The notes beneath the pieces are model-generated. The model searched no databases. It was not told the origin of the DNA and worked only from the letters and a program-made list of their open reading frames with translations. A stretch of DNA of 63,184 bases, the filler included, from Globobulimina sp. (lineage: Eukaryota), in NCBI GenBank assembly GCA_003354225.1. It is 17 parts of 17 records of this genome, joined end to end, with 100 filler letters (N's around TTAATTAATTAA, not from the genome) between each part and the next. Parts side by side here need not be neighbours in the genome. Positions count along the whole stretch, not along the records: positions 11,175 to 14,798 come from PIVH01002375.1; positions 14,899 to 18,521 come from PIVH01002376.1; positions 18,622 to 22,244 come from PIVH01002377.1; positions 22,345 to 25,967 come from PIVH01002378.1; 13 more parts are not named here. One strand, written 5' to 3'. Of this stretch, positions 11,644 through 23,129 are shown one piece after another (the first letter of the stretch is position 1; every line of letters begins with the position of its first letter). Both the position numbers and the translations under genes were made by a program.

Positions 11644-13933
11644 TTATTGAATAGTCATTAAAGGATCATCATTTAACCTCACATCCTCGTCACCATATTC
11701 ATCCTCATACTCATACTCATACTCATCACCCATCGCTGTCTGCATTCCACCCATAACCTCATCATCGGTATTATCCCCCTCCACATCATTCATGCCATCA
11801 CCGACTGTTATAACCACATCCAAACCATCCATATCGTCACCCACAACCACACCATTCTCAATATAATCAATCTCATCATGCTCCATTGGCCCACCTGCAG
11901 TAATTATCATATTATCATCACATTCATCACCCACATTATTATCAATCTCATCCACTTCGTCATAATCACCACCCATTGGTCCACCGACAGTCACAATACC
12001 ATCAGCATCGACACCTGCAGTCACTAAGTGATCATCATCCTCATCCTCGACGACAAAACTTCCACCACCACGCCCACGACTACCACCTTCAATATGCAGG
12101 TCATGCGCATGCAATTCAGCCATTTGTATCAATGGATTGTGATTCTGCGGCGGTGGAGGCGGCGGTAAACCATTTAATATCATATCTAATCCATTCGGCG
12201 TGCACATATCTTGTACAATATCGTCCATCAACACATTGGATGCAACCATGTTATTTGACAAATACGTACCAAATTGGTCCTCATTAAACATATGCATATC
12301 ATCGTCCTCTGCGCTGATCGCATGGGTACCGCCATTGTCATTGCCTTCATATTTCCGATTTTCTGTACTTGTGGAGTCTATTTGCGATACGGATTGCACT
12401 TTTTGTACATGTGGTGGTGCGACGTGTGCATCAGTTTGGGCATTAAAATGTACATTTTTTGCGGCTTTTATCTTTTTTTTTCGTCTCAATAAAGAACATA
12501 AAAATATCAATATGCAACATAATAATAAAGCGGATGCAATGGCTATGTATAACCACGCGTCGATTATTATAGATCCGCTACCTATTTATTTTTGAAATAT
12601 TGTATATTAATTTACATAAATATATACAAATAATTAACCTTTTGCTAATTCATCTTGTCCAGTTTCATAGAGATCGTCATCTTCTTCGTGATGATCACCA
12701 ACTTCACCCTCTGGTAAAGTAGGGGACGGTGTCGGATAAGCAGTTGGATCTGCGGTTGGATCTGTTGTTGGATCTACACTCGGATCGACAGTCGGATCTA
12801 CACTGGGATCTCTCGTGGGGTCCACAGTAGGATCCGCAGTCGGAGATGGACTTGGATGGACAGTGTCGACAGTTGGAGATGGACTTGGGAAGGTTGTGGG
12901 AGACTGACTTGGATTGGCGCTTGGAACAGGCGTAGGAGGTTGACTTGGATTAAAACTCGGAGATTTAGTAGGCGACGCACTGGGTAACTCACTAGGGGAA
13001 AGTGTAGGTGCTGGACTAGGATCATGTGTGGGATCAGTCGTTGGGTCTGCAGTTGGATCAGTCGTGGGATCTGTAGTTGGGATGCGATAATCTACACAAA
13101 TACTACCAGAATTTGAGCAAGAACTTGCAACATTGTTCAAGGCACAAGAATGGTCAACATTTGCTCCAAAATCACCGCAATGCATTACAGATGAACTTAT
13201 ACTGTGTGAACCGTAGGAATGTGTGACAGTGAAATCAAAAAATGATTCTTCTGCATAGACAGTGAGCGCGGAGATATCGTTTTCAATTTCTAAGGAACAG
13301 CGACCATCATTTTGTCCATCAATAGGTCCTCTGCCATTCTGTGGACAATTTATAGTCATTTCATTGCAGTTATCGCAGTTGGTGATGGATACTGTGGAAG
13401 CTTGCTGTGCGTTGACAGTTAGACCATGGCAACGATAGTTACAATCGATATTGCATGGATTGTTGACGGGGCAATTAACGGTCACGCCACAACAGCCACC
13501 ATCTGATGAGTTGCAGGACCATAATAAATTTCTGGAGCTGGATCTGGATCTGGCTGCGTATGGTTGCATGAATGGGCTCGAGTGTAATAAGCGTCGTCGG
13601 TCGCCGACATTGCACTGTTTGTTTAGGTGTGTTTGTGGCGTTGTTTGTTACGGATTGTTTGGTGTAAACATACTTTGACTGTGCAAGTGTTGGAAGCAAT
13701 GCAATTTATTATGTCATTCTGGCAGTTTTGACCTTCCTCTCCACCGTCACATACGATGTAGTTTGTGGCGAATGTTGCTGCGTAGACGTATGCTGTTTGT
13801 TGTGTTTGGGTGTGTTGATCACTTTTAGTTTTGTATCAGGTGATGGTATGTGGATGAATATACATGGTGCGGGGTTGGTGATTAATAGATAGATTGCTGT
13901 ATATATCATGAATCTTTTCAGTCTAGCAACCAT
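11644..13933 (-). CDS. Single-pass surface protein: signal peptide, Cys-rich domain, PT/PS-repeat stalk, TM helix, acidic cytoplasmic tail (3 introns)
   Basis: Exons join in frame through GT..AG introns (...CTVK|CNVGDRRRLLHS...; ...LAK G|SGSIIIDAWLYIAIASALLLCCILIFLC). PTTDPTADPT repeats follow. Confidence 0.85.
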
Positions 13934-14021
13934 TGTTTGGACTGAATTGTTGAAGATAAAGATTTTTGGATATTTGTATGTACACATAATAGCAATTATT
14001 CGAATAGCATTACAATATAAT

Positions 14022-14485
14022 ATGGATTTTAGTCATCCAGCTCATACATATGGTGGTATCAAGGAAGAAGAATATCTTAAGCAATCGCGACAATTTTCAA
14101 TCAGTATGATATTGTATTCATTCCAACATATAAATTTTGTCTGTTGCTTTTGTGTTTTTAAGAATCCGACATTATGTATTTATTGGATGAAATGTATTAC
14201 GATGAAGAATTTACGGATGACGATACATTTATGGGTTTACAACATGCCCTCGCAAAAAATGGATATCGTGAATGGGACAAAGTATTTGATAAAAAAATTA
14301 GTAAAGTGATTGCCGGACGTCATGTAAAAAGAATCCAAGCGGCAATATTAAAACGAAGAAAAAAACAAAATAAAGATGCAGATGCTCAAAAAAATGTTGT
14401 TAAACAAGAAGATAAAAAAAGCGACAAAAAAGGCGATAAAGAGAGTGAAAAAAAAGCAAAAGATGATTTAAAAGCAGATGAATAA
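14022..14485 (+). CDS. Small hypothetical protein with Lys/Asp-rich tail, 1 intron
   Basis: ATG 14022; GTATGA...TTTAAG intron gives in-frame FSI-K-SDIMYLLDEM. Confidence 0.65.
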
Positions 14486-14898
14486 TATGTGTTGATGGTA
14501 CGTATTGGTACCTTTATTGTATATGTTATTTATCATTACTTAAATATTATAATTAAATATTAAATCAGAAATGTAAATTAACTGTGTTTGTGGACGTATA
14601 TATTTGCGTGTTTCTGCTGTATTTGTCGATATTATAAATACATGACCATATTTCCAATTCGTTGCTCGATATGATGTTGAAAACTGTTGGGTTGAACACA
14701 ATAAACTACGATTACATATTATGTATTGATGAGCTAAAAATCTATTAATTCATATCCGCGCTGTTTTCTTTTCTGTTTTGAGTTTTCGACATCACTGCNN
14801 NNNNNNNNNNNNNNNNNNNNNNNNNNNNNNNNNNNNNNNNNNTTAATTAATTAANNNNNNNNNNNNNNNNNNNNNNNNNNNNNNNNNNNNNNNNNNNN

Positions 14899-15284
14899 CT
14901 GATGGTTTTAGTAAGCGATTTGGATTACATTTTGTGAATTATACAAATAATCTGACCAGATATCAAAAACAATCTGCACTGTGGTTTTCAAATTATATTA
15001 ATAAATATAACCCAAACACTCAATATAAGGGACCAACATTGCCACCGATTTCAATACCGAGTGCTTATGCAATGAGTGTGTGTCCAACACCATCGCCTAC
15101 ACTCAATCCAAATAGTAAAAATAGTAAAAAAGGAGGAATAACTGCAGTTTCTATGACTTTTATCATTATTGCTGTTTTAATTGTGATATTGTTATTAGCT
15201 TTTATTCCAAATAAATTTATTATAAAAGCTAAACTGAGTAAAAATCCGATTAATTATCAAAATATGGGAAGCATTAATGACTAG
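14899..15284 (+). CDS. C-terminus of a membrane-anchored glycoside hydrolase family 1 (beta-glucosidase-like)
   Basis: DGFSKRFGLHFVNY...LTRYQKQSALWF is the GH1 C-terminal motif, followed by a PT linker and a TM helix. Confidence 0.8.
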
Positions 15285-15612
15285 GTTTATATTTATTGTT
15301 TTTAGTTTTTTTATTTATTTATTTTATTAGAAGTGAATGCTTTTTATAATTTGTCACGGATTTGCTGTGATGAGACTAGTTCACTAAAAAGAAAATTCTG
15401 AAATCGATCGTTCAACGATATATTCAAAAAGATAACCACCCCAGTGACCCCACCCCCTGGTCTATAAGTTGTATACATTTTGTTCAATATAGAAACGGTT
15501 TGTTATAGATTTGTCTTGGGTTTGAAATTGAATTTTCGGTATACAAAGGAGGTGGGGTAATCTTTTGGAATATAGTTCAGATAAAAATATTTGCTGAGTA
15601 ATCAATAATTCG

Positions 15613-15769
15613 GAGCCTAGGTTTCCTAAATAGTTGCTAAATAGTAACTAAATAGTTGCCCATTTTCGTTTTTGGTCTGAAAAAGCAACTAAATAGTTGC
15701 TCATTTTCATTTTTAGATTGGAATAGCAACTAAATAGTTGCGCGGCAACTATTTAGGAAACCTAGGCTC
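15613..15769. mobile_element. 157-bp MITE with perfect 25-bp TIRs and 8-bp TSD
   Basis: TIR GAGCCTAGGTTTCCTAAATAGTTGC; TSD ATAATTCG at 15605..15612 and 15770..15777; internal GCAACTAAATAGTTGC repeats. Confidence 0.92.
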
Positions 15770-16016
15770 ATAATTCGCAACTAAAAAAGCAATAAATTGA
15801 AATAAAAAATAACAAAACAAACGTTAAACAATGCAAAATGTAAGAAAAAAAAATGTATATGTATATTATTCTGTACATGTATATTATTTGAAACTGCAAC
15901 ACAAAAAAATTAGAATAATAAAAAGTTATATAAAAACATTGGAATTTGAATCTGATTATAAATTATAATATTAAAAATTAAGTGAAAATAACAATGAAAA
16001 TTTATTTATATTCTAA

Positions 16017-17433
16017 CTATACAAAATTGCCAGCTTGTAAATTATTGAAAACTATGCCTTCCCACACCCCGTGGAATACTTTTTTCACATTGGATTTATT
16101 CGTAGCAACAGTAACATGAACCCGCATATTATTCCTAATCTGTACATCCTTAACCCTCGAGACATACTGCTCTCTTATAAAGTTGATCGCAGCCTCATAA
16201 CAGACATCAAATTCAGACTCATTCTCCCCGCCATAGTCAGCTCCGGTAAACTCATCACCAAAACACACTGTTAATGGAATCTGGTCCTCTTTCAATCGCT
16301 TGACAAATAAATCATTCTTATTCAAAAATAATATCCATTGCGTATTTAAAAACCATTGCGAATTTACCGTCTCTTCGAATAATTGCAAGGATTCTTGCAT
16401 CCCATTAACTGTTTCGTCCTCAAAGCAAACACAGCAATAATGATTCAGCGCAGCCACAAAAATCACCGCATTCACATTGTCGAATAATTGAATCCATTTC
16501 TTGCGCTCATTTCGCTGACCGCCGACATCAAACATATCGAACTGGACGTTTTGAATCACGTAGGTTTTCTCAATGATGCCGGTGGTTTTTACAGCGGCGT
16601 TGATGACATCTTCCATGGAGGGCATATAGCCATTTTCTTCGCTTTCATCCATTACTGCTCTTATTTTATCTGTGTGTATATATATTACCCCATTGAAGCT
16701 ACATAAATATAAATATATGGACAATACCTAAAAAATAATCAATATTTTCAGGTAAACTGAAATATTGTCGATGTTTAAAGGTTTCTTGGATGCCATCCAA
16801 CTGCCACAATAGTTCCATAATTTCGCCTATGTGCGGATGTATGTATATTTATATAGCGTTCAGGGACAAAATAGATGCAATATGAGACAGACCGGCAACA
16901 GCAATGTCGACACTATTCGCATTGCCTCCAAATTCAAAGATTTTCTTGAAACCCGGCAATAATATGATGGCATTTGCAATATTTGCATCTGTATAATCAA
17001 TAAGACATTGACTTTTATTAAATGGCGGCTCTGATAATATTTCACTTTGTGTTAATAATTTGATTAAGCCATTTATGCAAATTAATCGGATGAGGGCCGT
17101 GTGATCGGTTCGTGTCAACGTCTCATAATATTGGTCTTCGCCGTGAATACATTCGATTTGTTGGAATAAGGTCGATTTACCGCTACTTCCGGAACCTAAC
17201 AATAATAGCTTGATGATTTTGCTTTTTTTTTTTTCAACGTCTTTCATGTATTTAGTAATTTGTTTATTGATGTTTTTGTTGTTGCTGTTGCTGTTTGTGG
17301 CTTCGAGGTCTGTTTGGGTCATTGGACCGGCGCCATATGAGCTGGGGGTGCTGTTGTAGTCACTGCTTTGGCCGACTACCGCCTTTAAATGTTTTACGTT
17401 GACATCTGCGTCTTTTTGGAAACAAACTCCCAT
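16017..17433 (-). CDS. Heterotrimeric G protein alpha subunit, divergent, with introns
   Basis: MGVC lipidation start; KLLLLGSGSSGKST; VKTTGI; FDVGGQRNERKKW; LFLNKND; HVTVATN. Confidence 0.93.
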
Positions 17434-17595
17434 GTTATTGATGTTTTTTTTTTTAGTGTGTAGATTGTAGAAAAGTTTTTGAATAACTCACTTAATAACA
17501 TCAGCGGGAAAAGAGTATGGTGCCATTTTGCTACAACAAAGTTATTTGAATTCTGACAGTGCAGATTTATTCTAACTGCACTTGAAAGTATATAT

Positions 17596-18242
17596 CTATT
17601 TTTTGGTATAAGCAACAAAATACCAATAATACCATCCTTTAGCTCCACTTCCAGCTCCAATATGAACTGCTTGTGTCCATATTTGCTGCACTCGAATATT
17701 CTCATTGTTTTGCATCCAATCATTCATTTGTTTTAACGACGCAGTGCCGCTGCCAACGCCTCCACTCACAAACGATTCAACTGCGGTCTGTCCTGCTTTT
17801 AAATTCCATCCATTATTCGCATTATCTGTATACGCAATAAAATACCAATAATTCCAGCCATTGACACCTCCGCCAACATAAACTATTTGACTCCATATTT
17901 TTTGGATTCTTACATTTTGATTTTCAATCAGCCATTGATTCATTTTTTGCAATGGTTTTTTCCTGAACCAGAACCACTGCACACAAATTGTGCAACTTTT
18001 GTTTGAATTGCTATTGAATTCCATCCATTGTTATCATTCATGGTTTTATCTATTGAGACATGCGAATCATGAGATTCTTTTTTCTCATCATCATTTTGTC
18101 CGATTTCAACGGTACAATATTTACCATCAATTAACTTTGCCTGTTCATAATTTAAAGGTGGATTCAATTTAATTATAAATCCATCTTCTGTGTTGTGAAG
18201 TACTTTGACAGTGCCGTTCACACAAGTTTTTTTTTGTGCCAT
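17596..18242 (-). CDS. Hypothetical protein with two ~72-aa tandem repeats, split by a -1 frameshift
   Basis: ORFs 17940..18242 and 17596..18024 overlap. Repeat 1 is only reconstituted by a shift at GGA AAA AAC (17955..17961). Confidence 0.7.
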
Positions 18243-18621
18243 GACAAAATGACACTAGCTTACTCAGTGAAAACCTTAATTTCAGGGTTATGACTCCCAA
18301 ATAAAGGACAGTTATGACCCTGATAGTATTGATAGTGTAATTATAATTAAAAAGTTATATTTGTCTGTACTAAGCCTATAACAGATCAGGATATATGGGC
18401 TGTGTAAGAATTCCACAGACTCCCGCCTTGTCCGTATGATTCAATTCTTTCCCAATCAACACATAACCATTCATGCCCCAGCTCACACCCCAACTATTCT
18501 GACATTTCCAATATTTAACACNNNNNNNNNNNNNNNNNNNNNNNNNNNNNNNNNNNNNNNNNNNNTTAATTAATTAANNNNNNNNNNNNNNNNNNNNNNN
18601 NNNNNNNNNNNNNNNNNNNNN

Positions 18622-20827
18622 TTAATGCTTTCTTTGTAATGTAATCCAAAAAGGTTTCGCCATTTAAAGCTTTGGTAACCACAAAAAATGCATCGTCCGC
18701 TTTATCCGAGCCTTTGAATGGCAAAATACCGCGAATATCGCCTTTGGACTCATTTAATATCCGTAAATTTGTTATTTCCCTGTGAAATAAATCATTATTA
18801 AAAGTATCCATTCCCATTCTATCAATTACTTTGATTAAAACCTGTTTTTTTTTATTATATAAATCTTCAAAATCATGTCCTCGAATAATTCTACAGTCGA
18901 CAGAATGTGTTTTAATTTCTTCACCAAAACGATATTTTTCAACCACACCGTTTCCTTTATCCTTCGCCTCGGCATTTAATACCAAAAAACCAAATATTTG
19001 TTCCGTACATTTAACTTTAAAATCTCTCGTCTTTTCCACATCAAAATGTTGCTTAAATAATTGAATTATTTGCTCCATATATTCGCCATCTGCGTCATAT
19101 AATTTTTTAATAAGTTGTATGGCCGTATCACCGGTTAATATCAAATTATTGTCATCGTAGATATTCTGCATCACTTCCATACTGATGCCATATTTAAATG
19201 GCTTACACACTTTATAATTAACAGCAATATCGCCGGCAATGTCGCCGGGACAAAATATATCCTCTAAATCCTCAGCCAACTTATTACAGTCTTCCATTGA
19301 TTTTTTGGTATTAAAGTTAGTAATTTCCTGATATGTGCAACCATCATTTGTCTCAATATAAAATGTCAAAAAATAGGTAGGCACAGCGTCAGCTCCATGC
19401 AATATAATGTTGAAAAATTCTCTTCCAGCTAATGATTTTTTAATTATTCCTAATTTATGACTTTGCAAAATAGGATAAAGCAGTAATTCTAAGCCATATC
19501 CAATCCATCCGAGCAGCAAAAACACCAAAAACATAGGCGTTTCTTGTATATTTCGGTTTAAATCATCCGAACAAATTATAGTTATTCCCAATTGGCACTG
19601 GTAATTGGATAATATAAGAGATGACACTATGATTAGCAGTATGCCATTATCCAGACACCGAATTATACAAAAATGTGGTTCATAATCTAATATGACACCA
19701 ACTTCACATATAATGGTTGCTAATATTCTATACCAAAAAGCGCCTTTAATTCGGTTTCGAACCACCGCAAAATAATAAACAAAGCTAATTACGATATAAA
19801 CAATAAACCAAAAGCCACCAATGGAAACCCAGAGTAACGAAAATATTACAAATCGCACACATAAATCACTCCATCTCCACACCGAACGTACGATAAATTT
19901 CCAAGAAAAGGGGATTTTTTGGTTCTCCACTGGAAATCTATGCATTTTGCCACAAAATATTTCTCGCGCTGCTTGGACGCACGCTTGCTCGTCGAACCAC
20001 GAATATTTATTCGCAATGGATAATAAGGAGGCTATGATGGATAAAATAGTTAAGATCAAAGAGAAAAAATCACTTTCGCCCGCTATGCTATATCGCAATA
20101 AAAATACGGACTGCAGCACAACTTGCGGCATACCTAAGTCATACATTAATGGCAGTTATTATGTTGATAAAGTTATTAAAACGGAAACAGATAAATGCAT
20201 ACTTTCAAATAAGCTCTCACAAAGCTGCAAGGAGCGATGCGTTACGTTTGGTTTAGCTTCACCTTTCACGAATTCTTGGTATATTACTTTAACAAAATAC
20301 AGGTCAAATATTGCTAAAAAAATGTCAAATGAGGTTGAACGAAGGCTTTTTTTTTCAACATTGGAGCCACGGTAATGATATATTTGGGAGTCTTTTGTGG
20401 CTCTTCCTTCGCCAAAGAGGGCAAAACATACTGTAATAAACCGATACAAAAACATCACAAAAATACCCAAAATCAGGAAACTGAGCATGTTTATCCCTTC
20501 AACATTATCTCCATTTAATTCTCGCACAGTTAATCGACCCCAATTTACCTGCATTTGTATAATATAATATTATAATTAACTATTTATATGTGCTGGGCAA
20601 TAGGTTACAAATTACAATACCATTACAGCGAGATCTGTTGATTGGTCATAGATATGTACTATGACAGCTGTATATATTTCTCTTTGATAAACTAATTCTT
20701 CGCAGTATGTTATGTCTTTGTTAATTCTGTTTCGATACACGATAATCCCCAATGTAAGGACAATGACCGCATAAGAGGCAGCATAAATGATTAAAATAAT
20801 CATTGACCAGCTTAATGCAACTGCCAT
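18622..20827 (-). CDS. XK-related multi-TM protein with a C-terminal protein-kinase-like domain (2 introns, 3'-truncated)
   Basis: HIYDQSTDLAV; LQLCESLFE-S-MPQVVLQSVFLL across a GTATGC..CTTAG intron, resembling the XK E..PQ..LQ motif; several TM helices; then VLIKVIDR...FHREITNLRIL...FFVVTKALNGETFLDYI. Confidence 0.65.
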
Positions 20828-20877
20828 GTTCGATATTGAAAACTTGAGTAAAATCGCCTATTATAAAATCAATTAAA

Positions 20878-22244
20878 ATGGTTGTTTTTCCTTTTGTGCT
20901 ATTGGCATTGCTTCATGGTGTATTATCAGACTACGGTGCCACTTATTATGTTGCAACAACAGGCAATGATGCCAATGCAGGAACCCAGTCACAACCATTC
21001 AAAACATTGAATCACGCACGTGATATTATAAGAAATTATAAAGGTTCTTTACCTGACGGAGGCGTATTGGTTTATATTCGTGTTGGCACATACATTAATT
21101 CAGATTACTCGCAGTATAATGTGAGTTTATTAGACTTATCAAGCCAGGATGATTCAGGCGAGGCTGGGAAGCCCATAGTTTATGCAAGTTATCCGGGTGA
21201 AAAGGTTGAAATATTTGGTGGCTATCAAGTAGATTCAACAGCATTTGTTGAATCTACACAATATCCAGATTTATTAGTCGCTGATTTATCCAAATTAAAT
21301 GGTGCTTTATGGAACATTGTAGATTTTGGTTCCATTGGATCTGGCTCATTGGGACAATGTGCAAATTCACGAAGCGAATTATTTGTCAACGGACAACGAA
21401 TGGTTTTAGCCCGATGGCCAAATATATATTATGATCAACAATATGCCGGTGTTGACATTTGGAATTGGACACAAATAGTACATGTGACTGATGCCAACAG
21501 CTTTACGTATTCATTTAGTAAGCAACGAGCAACGCAATGGAGCAAAGAAACAGATGTTTGGGTGCATGGTTATTGGTCATTTGATTGGGCAGATTCGTAC
21601 ACAAAAATACAATCCATTGATACTGCAAAACAAACAATTCGTACGTATGCAAGCACGCCACCAGTTTATGGATATTTAGCAAAGGCAAGATATTATGCGA
21701 CAAATGTTTTATCGGAATTAGACACTATAAATGAATATTATATAGACACACAAAATAAATTAGTGTATATATCAAAGTTGCGTGCAAACACATTGTCCAC
21801 TGATAAATTTTATATTTCTGTGAATCCCATAGTGGTGAAATTAGCAGCAAGCACTCAATTTGTGTCAGTTGCAAATATTACCATTGGTTATGGAGTGCAG
21901 TCAGGTTTATCAGCCGCTGGTGTCTCAAATTGCAATTTTAATAATCTGGTTATATTTGGTATTGGTGAAGTTGGCTTAACCTCAACAGGCTATGACAATG
22001 TTGTGGCCAATAATAATATCACAGGTATAGGTTGTACGGGATTAGTTGCTTCCGGCGGCGATCAGAAATCTTTGACAAAGGGAAATAATATGATTAGAAA
22101 TAATTTCGTCAAATATTACGCTCAATGGCACAGAACTTATGTACCAGGCATTGCATTTGGTGGTGTCAGTAATTCGTATATTGGTAATTATGTTGGATAT
22201 GCGCCACATAATGGCTTTTTAGGTGGATCGAATGACTGCTTATT
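20878..22244 (+). CDS. Secreted right-handed parallel beta-helix protein (bacterial GH141-like type), 3'-truncated
   Basis: Signal peptide; YYVATTGNDANAGTQSQPFKT; ELFVNGQRMVLARWPN; HGYWSFDWADS; NVLSELD; GGDQKSLTKGNN; no introns. Confidence 0.75.
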
Positions 22245-22344
22245 NNNNNNNNNNNNNNNNNNNNNNNNNNNNNNNNNNNNNNNNNNNNTTAATTAATTAA
22301 NNNNNNNNNNNNNNNNNNNNNNNNNNNNNNNNNNNNNNNNNNNN

Positions 22345-22902
22345 TCATTAAAGTCGTCGAATGCGTCGGCATCAAACCCCTCCAAACGACTTCGGATATT
22401 CGTACCGGTGCCAGTGTCGGTACCGGTGTCCTGAGCGAGTGGCTGTACTTGCGGACAGTATGCGTTTATAACACATGGCGGGCCATTGTCATCGCATGAA
22501 TAGGAATCGGTTAATATTTGACCTGGACAACAAGCGTCTGCCCCACCGGGATAACCAGCGCCTTTCAGTAAAAGTATAACATTGGGGGTGTTTTCATGAC
22601 AGTCAGATGTAGATATCAAGAAATGTATAATACGGAAATTGGGTGGCGGTATATCATATCAGTTGTATCGTATAAAAAATATTAGTTGCAACTCTTATTT
22701 TTTCCCGTACATCTGGTATGTGTTTATGCTGTGAATATAACATACATTCATCTCCACCGCATGTGCCACATGACTTTTCGCAACAAATATTTCTGTATGA
22801 AATTCCTGTCGCACAACAAGGATCGGCTGGGTCGCGTATGACTGCTGATATGTTATGTAGGAGTATATTGAATAATAATATGACGAATGACAGACGACAC
22901 AT
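22345..22902 (-). CDS. Secreted Cys-rich protein, 1 intron, 3'-truncated
   Basis: MCRLSFVILLFNILL signal; CCEKSCGTCGGDE-C-AGYPGGADACC joined through a GTATGT...GAAAG intron. Confidence 0.65.
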
Positions 22903-23129
22903 TTTCTGTCTAGGCAAGGCTGGCTTGATTTGCTTCTTCCAATATACTATTTATTTGGCAATAAACGAATTGGTTCTTGTAATTGCTTTAAATTTCTATA
23001 TCGATAATTGCTAATCACGCACGGATGAAGCGAATTCAGAGTAGCGACTCAAGTGTTATATTATTACGATCGAGGGAAAAAACATAGTAAATGCACAATA
23101 AAAATAGCTAAAACAACAACATAGTTATA

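Noticed and set aside
13475-13987. Apparent frameshifts at the 5' end of the PT-repeat gene
   Set aside because: Explained by two ordinary GT-AG introns.
15419-15573. Second degenerate inverted repeat next to the MITE
   Set aside because: Several mismatches in AT-rich arms and no TSD; too weak to call.
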